Below are positions 1-13,103 of a DNA stretch of 64,000 nt, in pieces. The DNA lies in assembly GCA_951406725.2 (NCBI GenBank), contig OX597815.1:84258001-84322000 (forward strand), written 5' to 3'. The stretch comes from Octopus vulgaris. Lineage: Eukaryota. The translations under genes were made by a program, and so were the position numbers. The stretch's first letter is position 1. Every line of letters begins with the position of its first letter. Below the pieces are notes generated by a model. It did not search any database. It was not told the origin of the DNA and worked only from the letters and a program-made list of their open reading frames with translations.

Positions 1-757
1 TCATTGCGGTACAAGCACGTGGTTTGTATTATTCCTAAAACATTAATGTGTTTTTAAATAATAAAATGCAAGTATTAAATTCATTTAACTTCTAACATTA
101 CATTTTCTAGAACTCACGACAGTTTTGTTCTTACACTATTTGTCAGGGTGAATGAGCAAATTCCTTTAACCCGACAACGTGAAAAAAATACCGTGTTATA
201 AGATTTTATATTTCTTTTATACTTGCAAGATTCATTTCAAAAGAAAAGAAAAAGTTTTTCTTTTCTTTTCATTTCTTTCAATTTTATCAATAACTTCAAA
301 TCATCTTCTGTCTCTAAGCAACAGCAACATAAAGATAAAGAAATATAAAAAGAGACTCTAAGAAATGAAAAGAAAAGCCACAAAAATTGTGCAAAAACCA
401 AAAGAAAGAAAACAATTTTAATCTATCGGAAATAACTATATTTCTTTATCGACTTTTCTCTTAAGACATGACTGCGATAATTGTGGGATATTTCATTTGA
501 TGAAAGGCATTGTTTCTCCTTATATCTTCAATTTTCAGCATTTGAAATTAATGCTTTCTTTTGAAAAAATGGTTTATATTTTCTGAGTTGTTTTTATTTT
601 ATTCTAAATTTTATATTTATTTTTATTGTTGCTTTTCAATTTATTATTTGATTTCTCCCTTTTGAGAATTTATATTGTATTCTCCACAAAAAATATATCC
701 ACTTTCCCCGATTGAACGTTTTTGATTATTTTATTATTACTATAACTATCGCCGGTA

Positions 758-765
758 TTCTTCTT

Positions 766-830
<65 letters not shown>

Positions 831-831
831 G

Positions 832-876
<45 letters not shown>

Positions 877-878
877 AT
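758..878. repeat. Compound microsatellite (TTC)n(TTA)n(TTG)n
   Basis: Direct reading. Confidence 0.95.
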
Positions 879-2118
879 TCATACCACTACAACAGCGATT
901 ATTGCTAAAACGATTATTTATAAAAATACTACTATTACTAATACCTATTACTCAATTTTAAAGTTGGTCACTTGAGTTTTGTAAAAAAAACATTCTGTAA
1001 GGAATATATTTCGCGTTAGCTTCAAAGTTCTTCTGAGATGGCGTTCATTGTCATTTTCGTCATAAGCACCATCATCATCATTATCGTCAACCATCATTAT
1101 CACCACCATCATCATCATCACTACAATAATTATCATCATTAACACCGCAATCATCATTATCATCATCATTTTCATTGTCATTCTTTTTACCTCACCGTCA
1201 TCATTATAATCGCCATCATCACCATCATAACGATCATCGTCAGTAACATCATTATTACAGATGGCTCTATGTAATAGCTTTTATTTATCACGTGTCTGTA
1301 TAGTCGCAGTACCCATCACGATAACTAAGTAGTACCCATCACGATAACTTAGCAGTGCCCAATGATATTTTGTAAAGTGCCAACAACTGAGACAAGTAAT
1401 CTTATGAGAAAAAATCATATCCTTTAGGATAAGGAAAGGGCGACATTATTATATAAATGCTCGCGCGCACATAAAGACACACACACATACACTCACACAC
1501 TTACGTTGAGGAAGAAAATATGAAAGTAACTTTTGAGCAAGTGTCAAAAAATAGGAATACGCAATATTTAAAAAAAAACAAAACCTATTTTTATATAACT
1601 AACGTCTAGAACCAAGTTTTACATGTATAAAATTGATTGAACTTTTTAATTCTCCTGTGAGTAAATAAGTATATACAAATCTATGGTTAGGTTTCTTACG
1701 CAATGAGGAGCAATATAACAAAGCCGTCTCCATCGACTATACTTACACACATTGTACGTCTATATATCTCAAGGAGCAGATTAGACCTCTTGATATTCAA
1801 TAAAACGTGGAGTAGCTGAGGCCAAGTGTTAGATACGTTTTATGATATAAGTCTACTTGTAGTATACATTAGACACAAGTTCACTGGAGATAATCTCAAA
1901 GTCCGAAGAAATATGATTAATGCGTAAATGCGGTAACTATCTGGGAAGAGAAATTCTCCTTACAAACAATGTGTTTGAAAACACACCGAGCTTCATGAAA
2001 ATTGAAACTGTCGACGTGTAGAGTACACACGCCAAAATACGACGTTTATAGCTTGCTAAGAACTGCTGACCTTTATGCAAATGATTATGTGAACGGCTGA
2101 CACACTCTCCCCATATAG

Positions 2119-2149
<31 letters not shown>

Positions 2150-2554
2150 CATACATACATACATACATACATACATACATACATACATACATACACACAC
2201 ACACCCACACACACACATATATATATATATTAATAAATAAAAAATATGCATATATATACATATATGTACGTACCTACCTCTACATGTATATAAACACGCA
2301 TATATGAGTACAGGACACAAAAAAAACGTCGAACACAATGAGAAACGAAAACAAACACAAACCCAAGGAACTGGACAGTTTTTTAAACAACAAAAAAAAA
2401 TAGAGTACAGGACAATTAACACAAAGAAAAAACCCCTTCTTCAGTCGGCATGGTTTCATCTATATATATATAGCAAAGACTTTCTCATATTCTAATGCTT
2501 CTTAATGTATGTTAAGTCACAGAAGCAAGAATTGTTTTGTGAAGATCATTATTT

Positions 2555-2784
2555 ATTTCTTTATTGCCCACAAGGGGTTAAACACAGAGGGGCAAAACAA
2601 GGACAGACAAAGGGATTAAGTTGATTACATCGACCCCAGTGACCACTGGTACTTAATTCATCGACCTTGAAAGGATGAAAGGCAAAGTCGACCTCGGCAG
2701 AATTTGAACTCAGAACGTAACGGCAGACGAATTACGGCTACGCATTTCACCCGGCGTGCTAACGTTTCTGCCAGCTCGCCACCT
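2555..2784 (-). mobile_element. tRNA-type SINE, family A
   Basis: Reverse complement of GGCGAGCTGGCAGAAACGTTAGCACGCCGG...GTTCAAATTC...GCCTTTCATCCTTTC...AAGTACCAG; homologous to copies at 18693, 29511, 54406 and 55621. Confidence 0.85.
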
Positions 2785-2959
2785 TGGATGTGAAGGTCAT
2801 TATTTTAATAAACGAATGTTTAAAATTATGATTCAACCATTTTTTGTGCCAAGAAATGGTAACATATAGTAATCGTATCTGTTCTTTTATCTTTCATTTT
2901 ACGTGTAAGGCAAAGTCGACCTCAGAACGTAAAGGCAGAGGAACTATCACAGAGAACAT

Positions 2960-3579
2960 GTACCGGAAGTGATAAAAATTAAACATCCGGTCAACATCAT
3001 TGTGTTTGAAATGATCACTAGTGATGTCGACGTTATGCCTCCGCTCATCTTCCCACACGGCCTCAAATCAACATGAATGCCAACATCAAGTGCCTGGAGG
3101 AGGTAGTGCTGCTCTGCGTCAAAAGGGTAGCTGCTGGAAGACTCTGTGTCTGACAACAGGACTCTGCACTATGCTACACAAACGGGAGAACCCAGTCATG
3201 TCTGTCAGACAATTTCTGCAACCACATTACCCTTAACATCTGGCCACCAAACTCCCCAGACTGCAACCCTCTTGATTACAATGTATAGGGTGGAGTTGAA
3301 CGAGAGACCAACAAAACTCCTTGTAACATCAAAGATGAACTGAAGACAAGGATTTTGGCAGCATTCATCAACAAGGAGATTGTCCAGAAAAGTTGCTGGA
3401 GTTTCCGAAGTCGTCTGGAGCCCGTAGTTGTAGCCAATGGTGATTTTATTGAATAAATTTACTGTTTAGTATTTCAAGATATTTTAATGTAATATTGGTA
3501 AAGATATCTGTTAAAATGAGATGTCAGTGTTATTTTCAGTTTTGCATAATTTAGACGACAGTTTATTCACCGCACCCTG
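2960..3579 (+). mobile_element. Degenerate Tc1/mariner-superfamily transposon, DD37D (maT-type), 3' half with right TIR
   Basis: Broken translation KHPVNIIVF...QQDSA...WPPNSPDCNPLDY...RSRLEPVVVANGDFIE* (stop ~3456); 37 residues between 2nd and 3rd D; ends TTTATTCACCGCACCCTG followed by TA; stops and frameshifts. Confidence 0.85.
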
Positions 3580-3997
3580 TATATATAATGTGTGAGTGTG
3601 TGTGGACATATGCATATGTACATGTGTGTGCGCGCGCGTGTGCATAGATACATGTTATTGTAGATGTATTTACAACTGAGATGTTGCAACCGTATCTGAT
3701 TCTTGAAGTGCTTCAATCGTGTGTATGCACATACATTTACTGGATTTAGTTTCTCCTATTGTGTTGTTGCGCCATTTTCTATCAGTAATAAAACTTTCGG
3801 CATTTTTGTCGACAGGGGTATGCTAATCAATTTAATAAAAGGCAGTTATATTCCAGTTACGTTTATTAAAGGATAGTAGACGTTACATTTCAGATTAACG
3901 CTAAAACGTGGTAAAAAATGAAACATAATTAAATGAAATATATTCATGTATGTGTATGCGTGTGTGAAGAAAGTAAATGACAGAAAAAATATAATAA

Positions 3998-4120
3998 GCT
4001 AGCAGCATAACCCGGCCTTACCCGGGATTAAGTTGCGATTATTAAGCTAATCAAGTTCTTTATTTCAAACCAAACTAAGTAATATCGACGTCAAATTTGG
4101 GCAAAATCCATTGAAATTGG
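3998..4120 (+). mobile_element. Possible non-autonomous Helitron/Lep1-like fragment
   Basis: CTAGCAGCATAACCCGGCCTTACCCGGG 5' hairpin plus CAAATTTGGGCAAAATCC motif; resemblance judged from memory. Confidence 0.35.
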
Positions 4121-5133
4121 TTATATTATATATACATTAATTATATTATATATATATAATATAATATAATATAATATAAATATATATGGGCAACAGACAC
4201 GGAGACACATGTACGTACGTACACCTGTTGCATGTTTTGTGCATACATACATGTTCATAAACAGAAATGAATGGGAAAATGTTGTTAAATTTGTAGATTA
4301 ACACTCGCACAATTTTCACTAAGAAAAATAATCGGTTTTTTTTTTGCGTGGAATCAACTACTCTGGCCTCCTAATATGCTACAAAACCCATTTTGTGGTC
4401 CGTGAAACGGAGTGGGTGTGGTGGAAGCCTCGGAAATTGTACCCATTTATATTGTGCAATTCACTGACAAATTGCTACTCACCTCTTTGTTTCTTTGTTG
4501 TTAAATAAATGGATTGTCAATAAAACACTTTTTTACTCGGCGTATAATAAAAACAAATCTCTTTCGCACCCAAAGTAATGTGTGTGAGAGAGAGAGAGGG
4601 GGAGGAGAAAGATGAACGATTTAAAATAAGTAAATGATTTAAAATAAATATATTGTAATTGTGTGAGAAAGTAGATATACTATGATTATAAAATATAGTG
4701 CCTTTCAAAAACATCCTGAATTTGAACACTATATCTCGTGTTTAATAAAAGACAAAACATTTTACATTATATATTTTATGAACGTCGTCACTTACTCTCT
4801 CTCCCTCTCTCACTTTGTCTTTCCCGTGAAACTCTTTGCTTCTCGTTCACTTTTCTTTATCTTGTTTTTTTTTTGTTAGACGCCGTCAAAAAGCTATGGC
4901 TGAAAATAGATTTTTACCGCTAAAATTTATGGCTGAAAATAGATTTTTACCGCTATCTGCGGGTGCCTCAGGAAAAAAATAAGCTGATAAAACCCAGATA
5001 GGATGTTGACGAATGTCCTCCTAAAATTTGAGCGACATGTGTGCTAATTTGTGGATGTGCATAAACTACAATCACATACACACACACACATCTTGCTGTA
5101 TATATATACAGATAAATATAAATATATATGTAT

Positions 5134-5350
5134 TCCCAACCATATGGTTCTGGGTTTAGTACTATTGCGTGACACCTAGGGCAAGTGTCTTCTGCTATAG
5201 ACTCGGGCCGACCAAAGACTTTGTGAGTATATCTGGGTTTTGTTGGTCTGAGGCTACAGCAGAAGACACATGCCAAGTCACCGCACAGTGGGACTGAACA
5301 CAGGATCATGTGTTTGGAACGTAGTTTGTTACCACACAGCCACACCTGCC
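5134..5350. mobile_element. SINE family C, two head fragments in opposite orientation
   Basis: GGTTCTGGGTTTAGT...GGGCAAGTGTCTTCTGCTATAG (+) followed by a minus-strand head (CACAGTGGGACTGAAC...TTACCACACAGCCAC). Confidence 0.6.
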
Positions 5351-6199
5351 CCTATGTATGTGTGTGTGCGTATGTGTGTATGGGTAGATATATTATGCAT
5401 GTATATATGTGTATATATATGTGTACATATTACATGTACATCTATATATATACATCTACACATAAAATACAAAATACAAAGTTATATCTTGATATCGATA
5501 GTGATAACAATACTCAAAATATCTAACAGACTTGAATTGTAAGCCCGTCTCTTGCAATTTCGATCAATTGGATCTTGTCCTCCCTCTTGTATAGAAGTAT
5601 ACGGCTGCAGCGAAATTCATTTTTGGACTTTCTTCTATCGAAGGCATTTTAACAAAAATGCTTCCGTAAGGTCGGTGAAAATATTGTCAATTTCCCCAAA
5701 CAAGGAAACAATTCAATTTTTAAACAATAACCAACGCTTCTTCTCCGAAAGGGGGAGGGTTACGGTTTACAATTATTTAACAAATGCAACACAACAACGT
5801 TTCCCTGACGAGAAACCAACAAACGTGATTACAATAGTCAAACAGTAATAATAATAACAACAAACCTTTTTAATTTATCCCCATTTATGTAAACCACTTA
5901 TTCAAGTTCAAGTCATTGATGCAATTTTATACGAATTGCTAATACACACACACACATAATAAGGGTGAAAAATTGAATATTAATTTGATTAATATGAATT
6001 GAAAACCAGTGGTGTAGCATATAAGACCATAGCGGATCTTCTTCTAGCAAAATGGATGACCATTGTTAATGGTTCATCCCTGTTATATAATACTTTCCCT
6101 TTAATAGTGAAAGTGTCTGCATTACAAAAGAGAGATGTTTTCGTTTCACTCTTAACACGTAATACTGAAATAGTGGAGAAATATGATATTGCTGTGGGG

Positions 6200-6365
6200 T
6201 TGCCCTAGGGAAAAAGTTAAGATTTTTTTGCCGATGTCACACCCCGGACCTTAAGTAAGGCATGTGTAAAATTTGAATGAAAATGGTTGTGTAGTTCTCA
6301 AGTTTTAGGGAAACACACAGACAGGCAGACAGACAGAAACACATTCTCAGTTTTATATATATAGA
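6200..6365 (+). mobile_element. Possible non-autonomous Helitron/Lep1-like 3' end
   Basis: TGTGTAAAATTTGAATGAAAATGGTTG...(ACAG)n...TTTTATATATATAGA, like Lep1-type ends (from memory). Confidence 0.45.
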
Positions 6366-8370
6366 AAAAACGTCAAAATGAAATCATACTACAATTTCAA
6401 CAATTACTCAAGCTCTACGTGTTCATTTCTTTCTCATGTTTTGTGGTCCATTAGTTAATGTCTTGATCTGACGTAGTGGGTCGTGGGTTCGATTCTCTCA
6501 TAAGCATCTTATTTCACGTTTATCCACTCAACGATGCGGACAATGAGTGGCAGATGGCAGATAACCCTGAGCCGGATTAGTTTGAAGGTGGAAGAGTTAA
6601 TTACTTTCAGTAACCTAAACGCTTTGAAAACCCAAATAAACTCTATCCTGAGGAGCTTTTAGACTGAAGGTAGACAACTTCACATATATGAAACCTAAAG
6701 TCTATTTTATATATTAATATATTCACAGATCCGCTGAAATTTAATAGATTCTTTTTTTTTTTTTTTTTGCTTTCTCCAATGAAAGTCTTTGCTTTGGCAG
6801 GAAATTGTAATGGATGCCTGTTGCTTCTGTTATTTATTCATCTTAGTCACACAGAGGCTTCCTTACAACTCCAGGCATTGTACGCGTTCTGTAATCAGCT
6901 AAGTTATTTTCAGTAACATTCGATATAATTTATATTCAAAAATATAGAGGCAGGGTAAAATTCCTTTAAAGGCGATAAAAAGTGTGTCGCAGACATGATA
7001 TACTGGGAAGTTAAATTTTAGTCTATTTAATAACGGAATATTATTTTCTGTATATTTTCCAATTTGCACAAAGTCTCTGGTAGTTTGCTGAACTGAATGA
7101 GGTCGTGACGTTTATTACGTGTGTGAGGTTTTATCAGTAAGAAGAGATAAAATTATACACTTTATTTTTAGTAGAGGGACTTTAATATTGTTTCTACACC
7201 TCTCTCTACATAATGTATATTATAATATCGATTACTAATGTTGATACATTGCCTGACACGTTATTGGAATGGAGTAGTCAATTAAATCAACAATCGGAGG
7301 ATTTTGAACTCAGCATGTAAAGAGCCGCATGTGAATACCGCTGTGAATTTAGTCTGTGGCTCCAAACATCTTCACTATAGTATTGCCATGCTTTTTCTAG
7401 CTCAAAACTTCGTAGGAATTTGTAATGCTCATACTTTTTTGCAAGTTTTGTGTTATTGTAAGAGAATGGAAATATTTTTGTTTGAATGACAAACCATTTT
7501 AATGAAAAAAAAATTGAAATTTCATCAATCATGAAGCGATACACAGATAACTGTATTTCTTACTTTACAATTGTAATATTATATTTCCTTAACCACTGAA
7601 ATGCGTCCTCTAGAATTTAAATTGTATTGTTAAAGTTCTTGTCCTCTGGCGCTATTTCTGTCGTGACCTCTCTTGGGAAAGCTGCACGATAGATCACAAA
7701 GACTCAATCAAACATGGCCACGTTTCGCTTTGAAAGTGAGCAACAACAATAACTACCACCATCGCCACCAACACCGCTACTACTACTACTACTACATAGC
7801 CAGCACCAAAACTATCAGCACACCATCACAAAACAACGACAGCAATAAAAATGAGAATAACAACATAATAATAATGACTAAAAGATATAGAAACAGATCA
7901 GCAAAACGAAGAATTAATATGGGAAGAATCACTGCAAGATACCAATGCAATATCAGCAATGCCAACAACAAAAAGAACAAAACAATTGCAAAAGTCAATT
8001 TTGAACCACCAACATCACCATCATGTATTGTTATTATTATTATCAACTGCTAGAAATGCAACAGTAACACTAACAGCGCCAAAAGAACTGGTTAAAGCAA
8101 CAACAAGAAAAAAACCAGCAACATAACAGCAGATGTAGTAATTATTCCAAAAACGAAAGAAAAAATACCAACAATAACAGCAAGATTCAGAATGGCACAG
8201 CAAACAACAGTAGCCAAAGCAATAATAACTAATGAAATTTTAAACAACTTAGCGAGATTACAATAAGACCAACATAAAATTCAAATCACACCAAAAATAA
8301 CGACAAGGAAGTTGAAATCGAAAGCTGCAATAGTAATAATAATAATAACAACAACAACAACAACAACAAC

Positions 8371-8427
<57 letters not shown>

Positions 8428-9029
8428 CACCCAGCATCAACATTAGCATAACAATAAAAATAATGACTTATAGCAAAGCTCCATGTCCACATAATTTTGA
8501 AGAGAAGAATAGCTAATTAAATCTGGTATCTCTCATTAATTCTATACTGTTCCCATAAAATAAAACATACATGTTATAAATTTTTGCATGCATATAAAGT
8601 GAGCCAACCAGTTTCGAAAGTATTTAGTAGAATAAGATAAAAAATCTGTTGACGTGACGATATGAATATAAAGCTCCACTACCTGAAGACATTCATAAAC
8701 CCATCTCAAGAATGTTTCAAGCGTATTCACGTTCCACAGGGACACAGATATACATTCAACTATCATTCACGCCACGTTGATGACTGTAATACAATTAGAG
8801 AATGAATACATACACAGATACATGAAAAAGAAACTGCCGTCACTAGACTATTGAGTAATGTACAGTGACTCTACCCAGATTACAAATGCAGATTTATACC
8901 TGTAATTTCTGGGGGCACTGGGATATAATACTTTACAAAAGTTTATCATTTAAGTATATATGCGCATGTCAAGACATGCAACTATATGTATGAGAATACG
9001 TAAATAAAACAAAACATACAAATTTGCAT

Positions 9030-9240
9030 ATAAACGACCGCTTGTGTATCGTTGGCGATTTTTTTCCTCAGTCTTCCCTTCCTTGGATCTTTCCTTTTCC
9101 TGTGTTTCTGACGAAGAGCCCCGCTCGAAACGTTAAATCCTCCTTCTTTCTTTCCTTTCTTGAGCGTTCACTAACACTATACTTGTTCCACGTCCTCGCG
9201 TTGTTGTGTTTTCTCTTTGTGTTTTCATGTTTGGATTAAC

Positions 9241-9243
<3 letters not shown>
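9030..9243 (+). mobile_element. Penelope pLTR-like short repeat with minimal hammerhead
   Basis: Pyrimidine-rich element containing CTGACGA-A-GAGC ccc GCTC-GAAACGTT and ending in (TACA)n. Confidence 0.55.
9102..9140 (+). ncRNA. Minimal PLE-type hammerhead motif (canonical core)
   Basis: CUGACGA at 9108-9114, stem II GAGC/GCUC, GAAA, palindromic AACGUU stem III, weak stem I GUUU/AAAU. Confidence 0.55.
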
Positions 9244-9272
<29 letters not shown>

Positions 9273-9914
9273 CATACATACATACATACATACATACATA
9301 CATACATACATACATACGTATGTATGTATGTAACAAAAATAAATGCGTTAATTTCATGCTGAAAAGCCATGAGAACATCATCCTGCATGTTGGTAGCAAG
9401 CTCCTCAGAAAGAATTCTATCTTCGGTGACCTCGTAAACAACCTCATCACAGGCGGACTGAAATACTGCAAAGAAAACCTGAATGGGAAAAGCTTAGCAT
9501 ACAAAAAAAAAAAAAACAGGACCATGTATGTGTGTATTTCCTGAAGAATTGAAGAAGACAATGTTATCGACATGAAGTCAAAATTCTCTTGGACTCGTGA
9601 CTACTACACCACATTAAAGCAGGCTGAAATCAGTTATGTAAGAGGGTGTGAGTTATGGATGTCGTTCTGGGCATATCTTGTTGCTGGGTAACAAAAAAAA
9701 AGACAACGAACTGCTTTAGATAAAAATTAAATAAATTAGTGTAGAGAACATAACCATTCCATGTCTTCCTAGATCGTTGTTTCTGATATGGTGCTGTTGT
9801 TTACTCTCTGGACAGTAGCATTGGGTTCCCAATGTGGATGCAGCACCTTACATGTACCTATAAATATATGATTATAGTATAAGTATATGTATATCGCATT
9901 GTATTTATCAATGT

Positions 9915-9994
<80 letters not shown>

Positions 9995-10011
9995 GCAAAT
10001 AGATAGGCAGA

Positions 10012-10052
<41 letters not shown>

Positions 10053-10199
10053 ATGTGTGTGTGTGTGTTTTCCAGTGTTTACAAATACCATGAAAAAAAA
10101 TAATAAATAGTTACCAGGGTAGCAAAAATTCACACAAGTAACAAGGATCTAACAGCCTATTTATAAAGGTAGAAACTCCAGGTTTGGGTAAACGCAGGT

Positions 10200-10357
10200 G
10201 TTATTCAAATTATTTTATTTCCGACTTATGTTTCAAAGACAACATTGGTATTATTCCAGAAGGAATAAAATGGTGTAAAACAATACAGTCCTCTCCTTCT
10301 GGAAAATACCAACGTTGTCTTCGAAACATATGACGGAAGTAAAATAATTTGAATAAC
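10200..10357. repeat. Fold-back inverted repeat, ~65-bp arms
   Basis: GTTATTCAAATTATTTTATTTCCGACTTATGTTTC...CCAGAAGGA pairs with TCCTTCTGG...GAAACATATGACGGAAGTAAAATAATTTGAATAAC; ~30-bp spacer. Confidence 0.85.
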
Positions 10358-10383
10358 ATTCGTGTTTAACTCTCTCTCTCTCT

Positions 10384-10427
<44 letters not shown>

Positions 10428-10534
10428 TGATACAAATGGTAAGACAACAAAAGAATGAAAAAGGCCTCGATATTATGTAAATAGAGGAATTCATCAGTAA
10501 TTACAATATGTAACAATATTTAAATAATTGTCAC

Positions 10535-10579
<45 letters not shown>

Positions 10580-10581
10580 TC

Positions 10582-10623
<42 letters not shown>

Positions 10624-11082
10624 TCATGTATATGTGTGTGTGTATGTGTGTATGTATGTGTGTCTATGTGTAGTTCAAAGATAACATTCATAGATTCTCC
10701 GTAAGCAAGACACGAAGTAGTGCTGAAAAGATTGAAACTGAGATTCCGGTGTCTTTAGAGAAGATCATTCTACAAGCTAAAGAAAGGCGATAAGAAGGAT
10801 CAAGTTGAGCGGGTATAGAGGCAAGTATGGTAATAAAACAGATTATACACATCAAATATATTAAATATATTAAACATCAAATACAAAATGTGTATATATT
10901 TAACGAAATGTTATGCTAAGCAGTGTTTAGGTATGGGCAGAATTACGCAAGCTAAATTATGTTTGTTACATATTTCAAGTGCTAAAATGCAAATACACTG
11001 CAGTTACCGTGAAGAATATATCTCTCTTATGGTAAAAAGGTGTGAAAATACCCGGTTCGTTCAGTGTAGCCATCTATTAGGT

Positions 11083-11129
11083 ATCTCAGAAATCGATGTT
11101 TCGAGCTCCTTGTCTATTTTCGATGAGAT
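11083..11129 (-). ncRNA. Hammerhead-like motif, paralog of 11397-11443
   Basis: Minus strand ATCTCA-TCGAAAA-TAGACAAGGAGCTC-GAAA-CATCGAT-TTC-TGAGAT inside a long extended stem I. Confidence 0.45.
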
Positions 11130-11396
11130 GTACCTAAGAGAGGCAACTCTGAACGAACTTATAAAACCGTAGCTTTATGTATAATTCAGTGTATTTGCCT
11201 TTTAGTAGTTGAAATATGTGACAAATATATTTCATCTTACCTAACTCTGTTCACGCCTAAACACTGCTTAACGCTAACTCTTCGTTATTTACCCTCGGTC
11301 GGGCGATCTACGAGCGCAAATCAGTCAACTTGTTGACTGCATTATGCATAAAGCTACAGCTTTACAAATTCGTTGAGAGTTACCTCTCTGAAGTGC

Positions 11397-11443
11397 ATCT
11401 CATCGAAAATAGCCAGGAAGCTTGAAACACCGATGTCTGAGAT
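11397..11443 (+). ncRNA. Hammerhead-like motif with UCGAAAA core (U3:A8, U4C)
   Basis: ATCTCA-TCGAAAA-T AGC caggaa GCT T-GAAA-CACCGAT-GTC-TGAGAT; perfect 6-bp stem I and GUC site at 11435-11437. Confidence 0.5.
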
Positions 11444-12239
11444 TCCTGATTACATGGCGTAACTGAAGGAACCGGGTGTCTTCAAAACTTTTTATCATAA
11501 GAGAGATATAATCTCCACGGTAACTGCAGCGTATTTGATCTTAGCACTTGAAATATATGACAAACATCGTGACTATGATCACCAGTCCTCCCGCTTCATC
11601 TCTCCCACCACTAACACCTCGGAATCCGGCAAAGAGTTTAACCAGAACATACACAAACGCACGCACAGTACTTGAATGTGACTTCATTTTATCAACAGTC
11701 CAGATTTCAGTTGACTGTACCTTACCTCGCTGACTATCCATGTCAATAGCAAAATGGCAAAAAATGTATAACCTATCAGTAGAAGATACATACATAAATG
11801 TATTAATCAGACTTTTCAAAATAATTTTCGGTTTCAAATCTGCCATTACAAGACACACAATATTAAAATATATTAATCTGAATCCAGCTGTAGTGATGCT
11901 GAAAGCATTTAAAGCCGTCAGGATTTAAAATTTACTGCAGATTAGCGAAATTTGTTTAAATACTCTTTTCGCAACGTAAAGCAGTATCCTGAAAATTAGA
12001 GACGTAGAACCAAAGGCAAACCAGTACAACTCATTCTAAATGTGGATTTTGTAAAGCAAAAAAATAAAACAACCTATGAAAATTTGTCAGTTATCTGGTG
12101 ATGCTTTTCTAATGTGAAGAAAGAGTAATCCTCACCAGGATATGCTGTGAAACGATGCTTGGAGATAGAAATAAATAACAGTTGAATATCTATTTGGGGA
12201 AAGGTCTGTATTTGAGATCCCTCCTCATTCCATTAGCAA

Positions 12240-12790
12240 TCCTAACTATGTTGCTGAGTAAGATAGTTATTGCCTCCCTTGTCTGTATAGATTTTGATGC
12301 AGTGTCACAATACGTGCTTCATATGACATCAGTACATATTTGAGACCACGACAACTGCTCTTGCACTGTTTTTGCTGGGTCCCTTGCAGTTATGTACAGC
12401 CTGTCTATATTTTCATCGATGTTGAAGTCTCCTGTAACAGCAGCTTGTGAGTCCGAACGTCTCACTGAGATTTTGTAGTGACCTGTTCAAAAGGTCAAAC
12501 GTGGGCGTGGGAACAGGCAGTGCAAAGGTGTTGTGGGCAGTATGCTTATAAATTGAGGGTTCTAATGACCAGATTCTCTTTACTCTTCTGAGATTTTCAT
12601 TTCTGGTTCTCTCCTTATTTATGAGTTATATCTGACATTCTCATCTTGTCCAAGGTACATAGAACTGTCACCTGGCTGCAGAGGTTGCATTGCCAAGCGT
12701 TCATTTTTTAGTTATCAGAGAGGACATCATTTCCCCGCGTTTTATTCCCATTAAGGTACATTTGGTTCAGTAATTATCGTTCCCATGTCC
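12240..12790 (-). mobile_element. Old degenerate R4/Dong-like non-LTR RT fragment
   Basis: Broken minus translation YLGQDENV...RRVKRIWSLE...AHNTFALPVPTPTF...DVRTHKLL...NIDRLYI, paralleling the RT C-terminal region at 45400-45750. Confidence 0.65.
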
Positions 12791-12809
12791 AATTGTTTTT
12801 CTGTGTGGT

Positions 12810-13103
12810 CGGTCATGGCTCAGCGTTTAGAGCAACGGTTTTACTATCATGAGGTGGTGAGTTCGATTCCCGAACCGAGCTGCCTTGTGTTCTTGAGAAA
12901 GACACTTTACTTCGCGTTCCTCCAGCTTGCTGATCTGAAGAAATGAGTTGCGATGTCACGTGTGTCAAGCTGTATCGGCTTTTGCTTTTCCCTTAGACAA
13001 CGTCGGTGGTGTGGTGAGGGGAAACTGGTATGCAATGCCTCGGAGGGTAACTTTCTCTAAGCAATTCCATTGTCATTCATGACCGAAGGTGGTCGTAACC
13101 CTT
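12810..13103 (+). mobile_element. tRNA-derived SINE, family B
   Basis: A box TGGCTCAGCG, B box GAGTTCGATTCC; body homologous to 57356-57710 with an internal deletion. Confidence 0.8.

Larger units (their letters stand above)
10901..11568. repeat. Nested inverted repeats containing two hammerhead-like motifs
   Basis: 10901-11012 is inverted at ~11175-11287; ~10960-11170 is inverted at ~11360-11568. Confidence 0.8.

Noticed and set aside
4895-4955. Short direct duplications (28 bp here; also 1308-1349 and 38520-38566)
   Set aside because: Ordinary slippage duplications.
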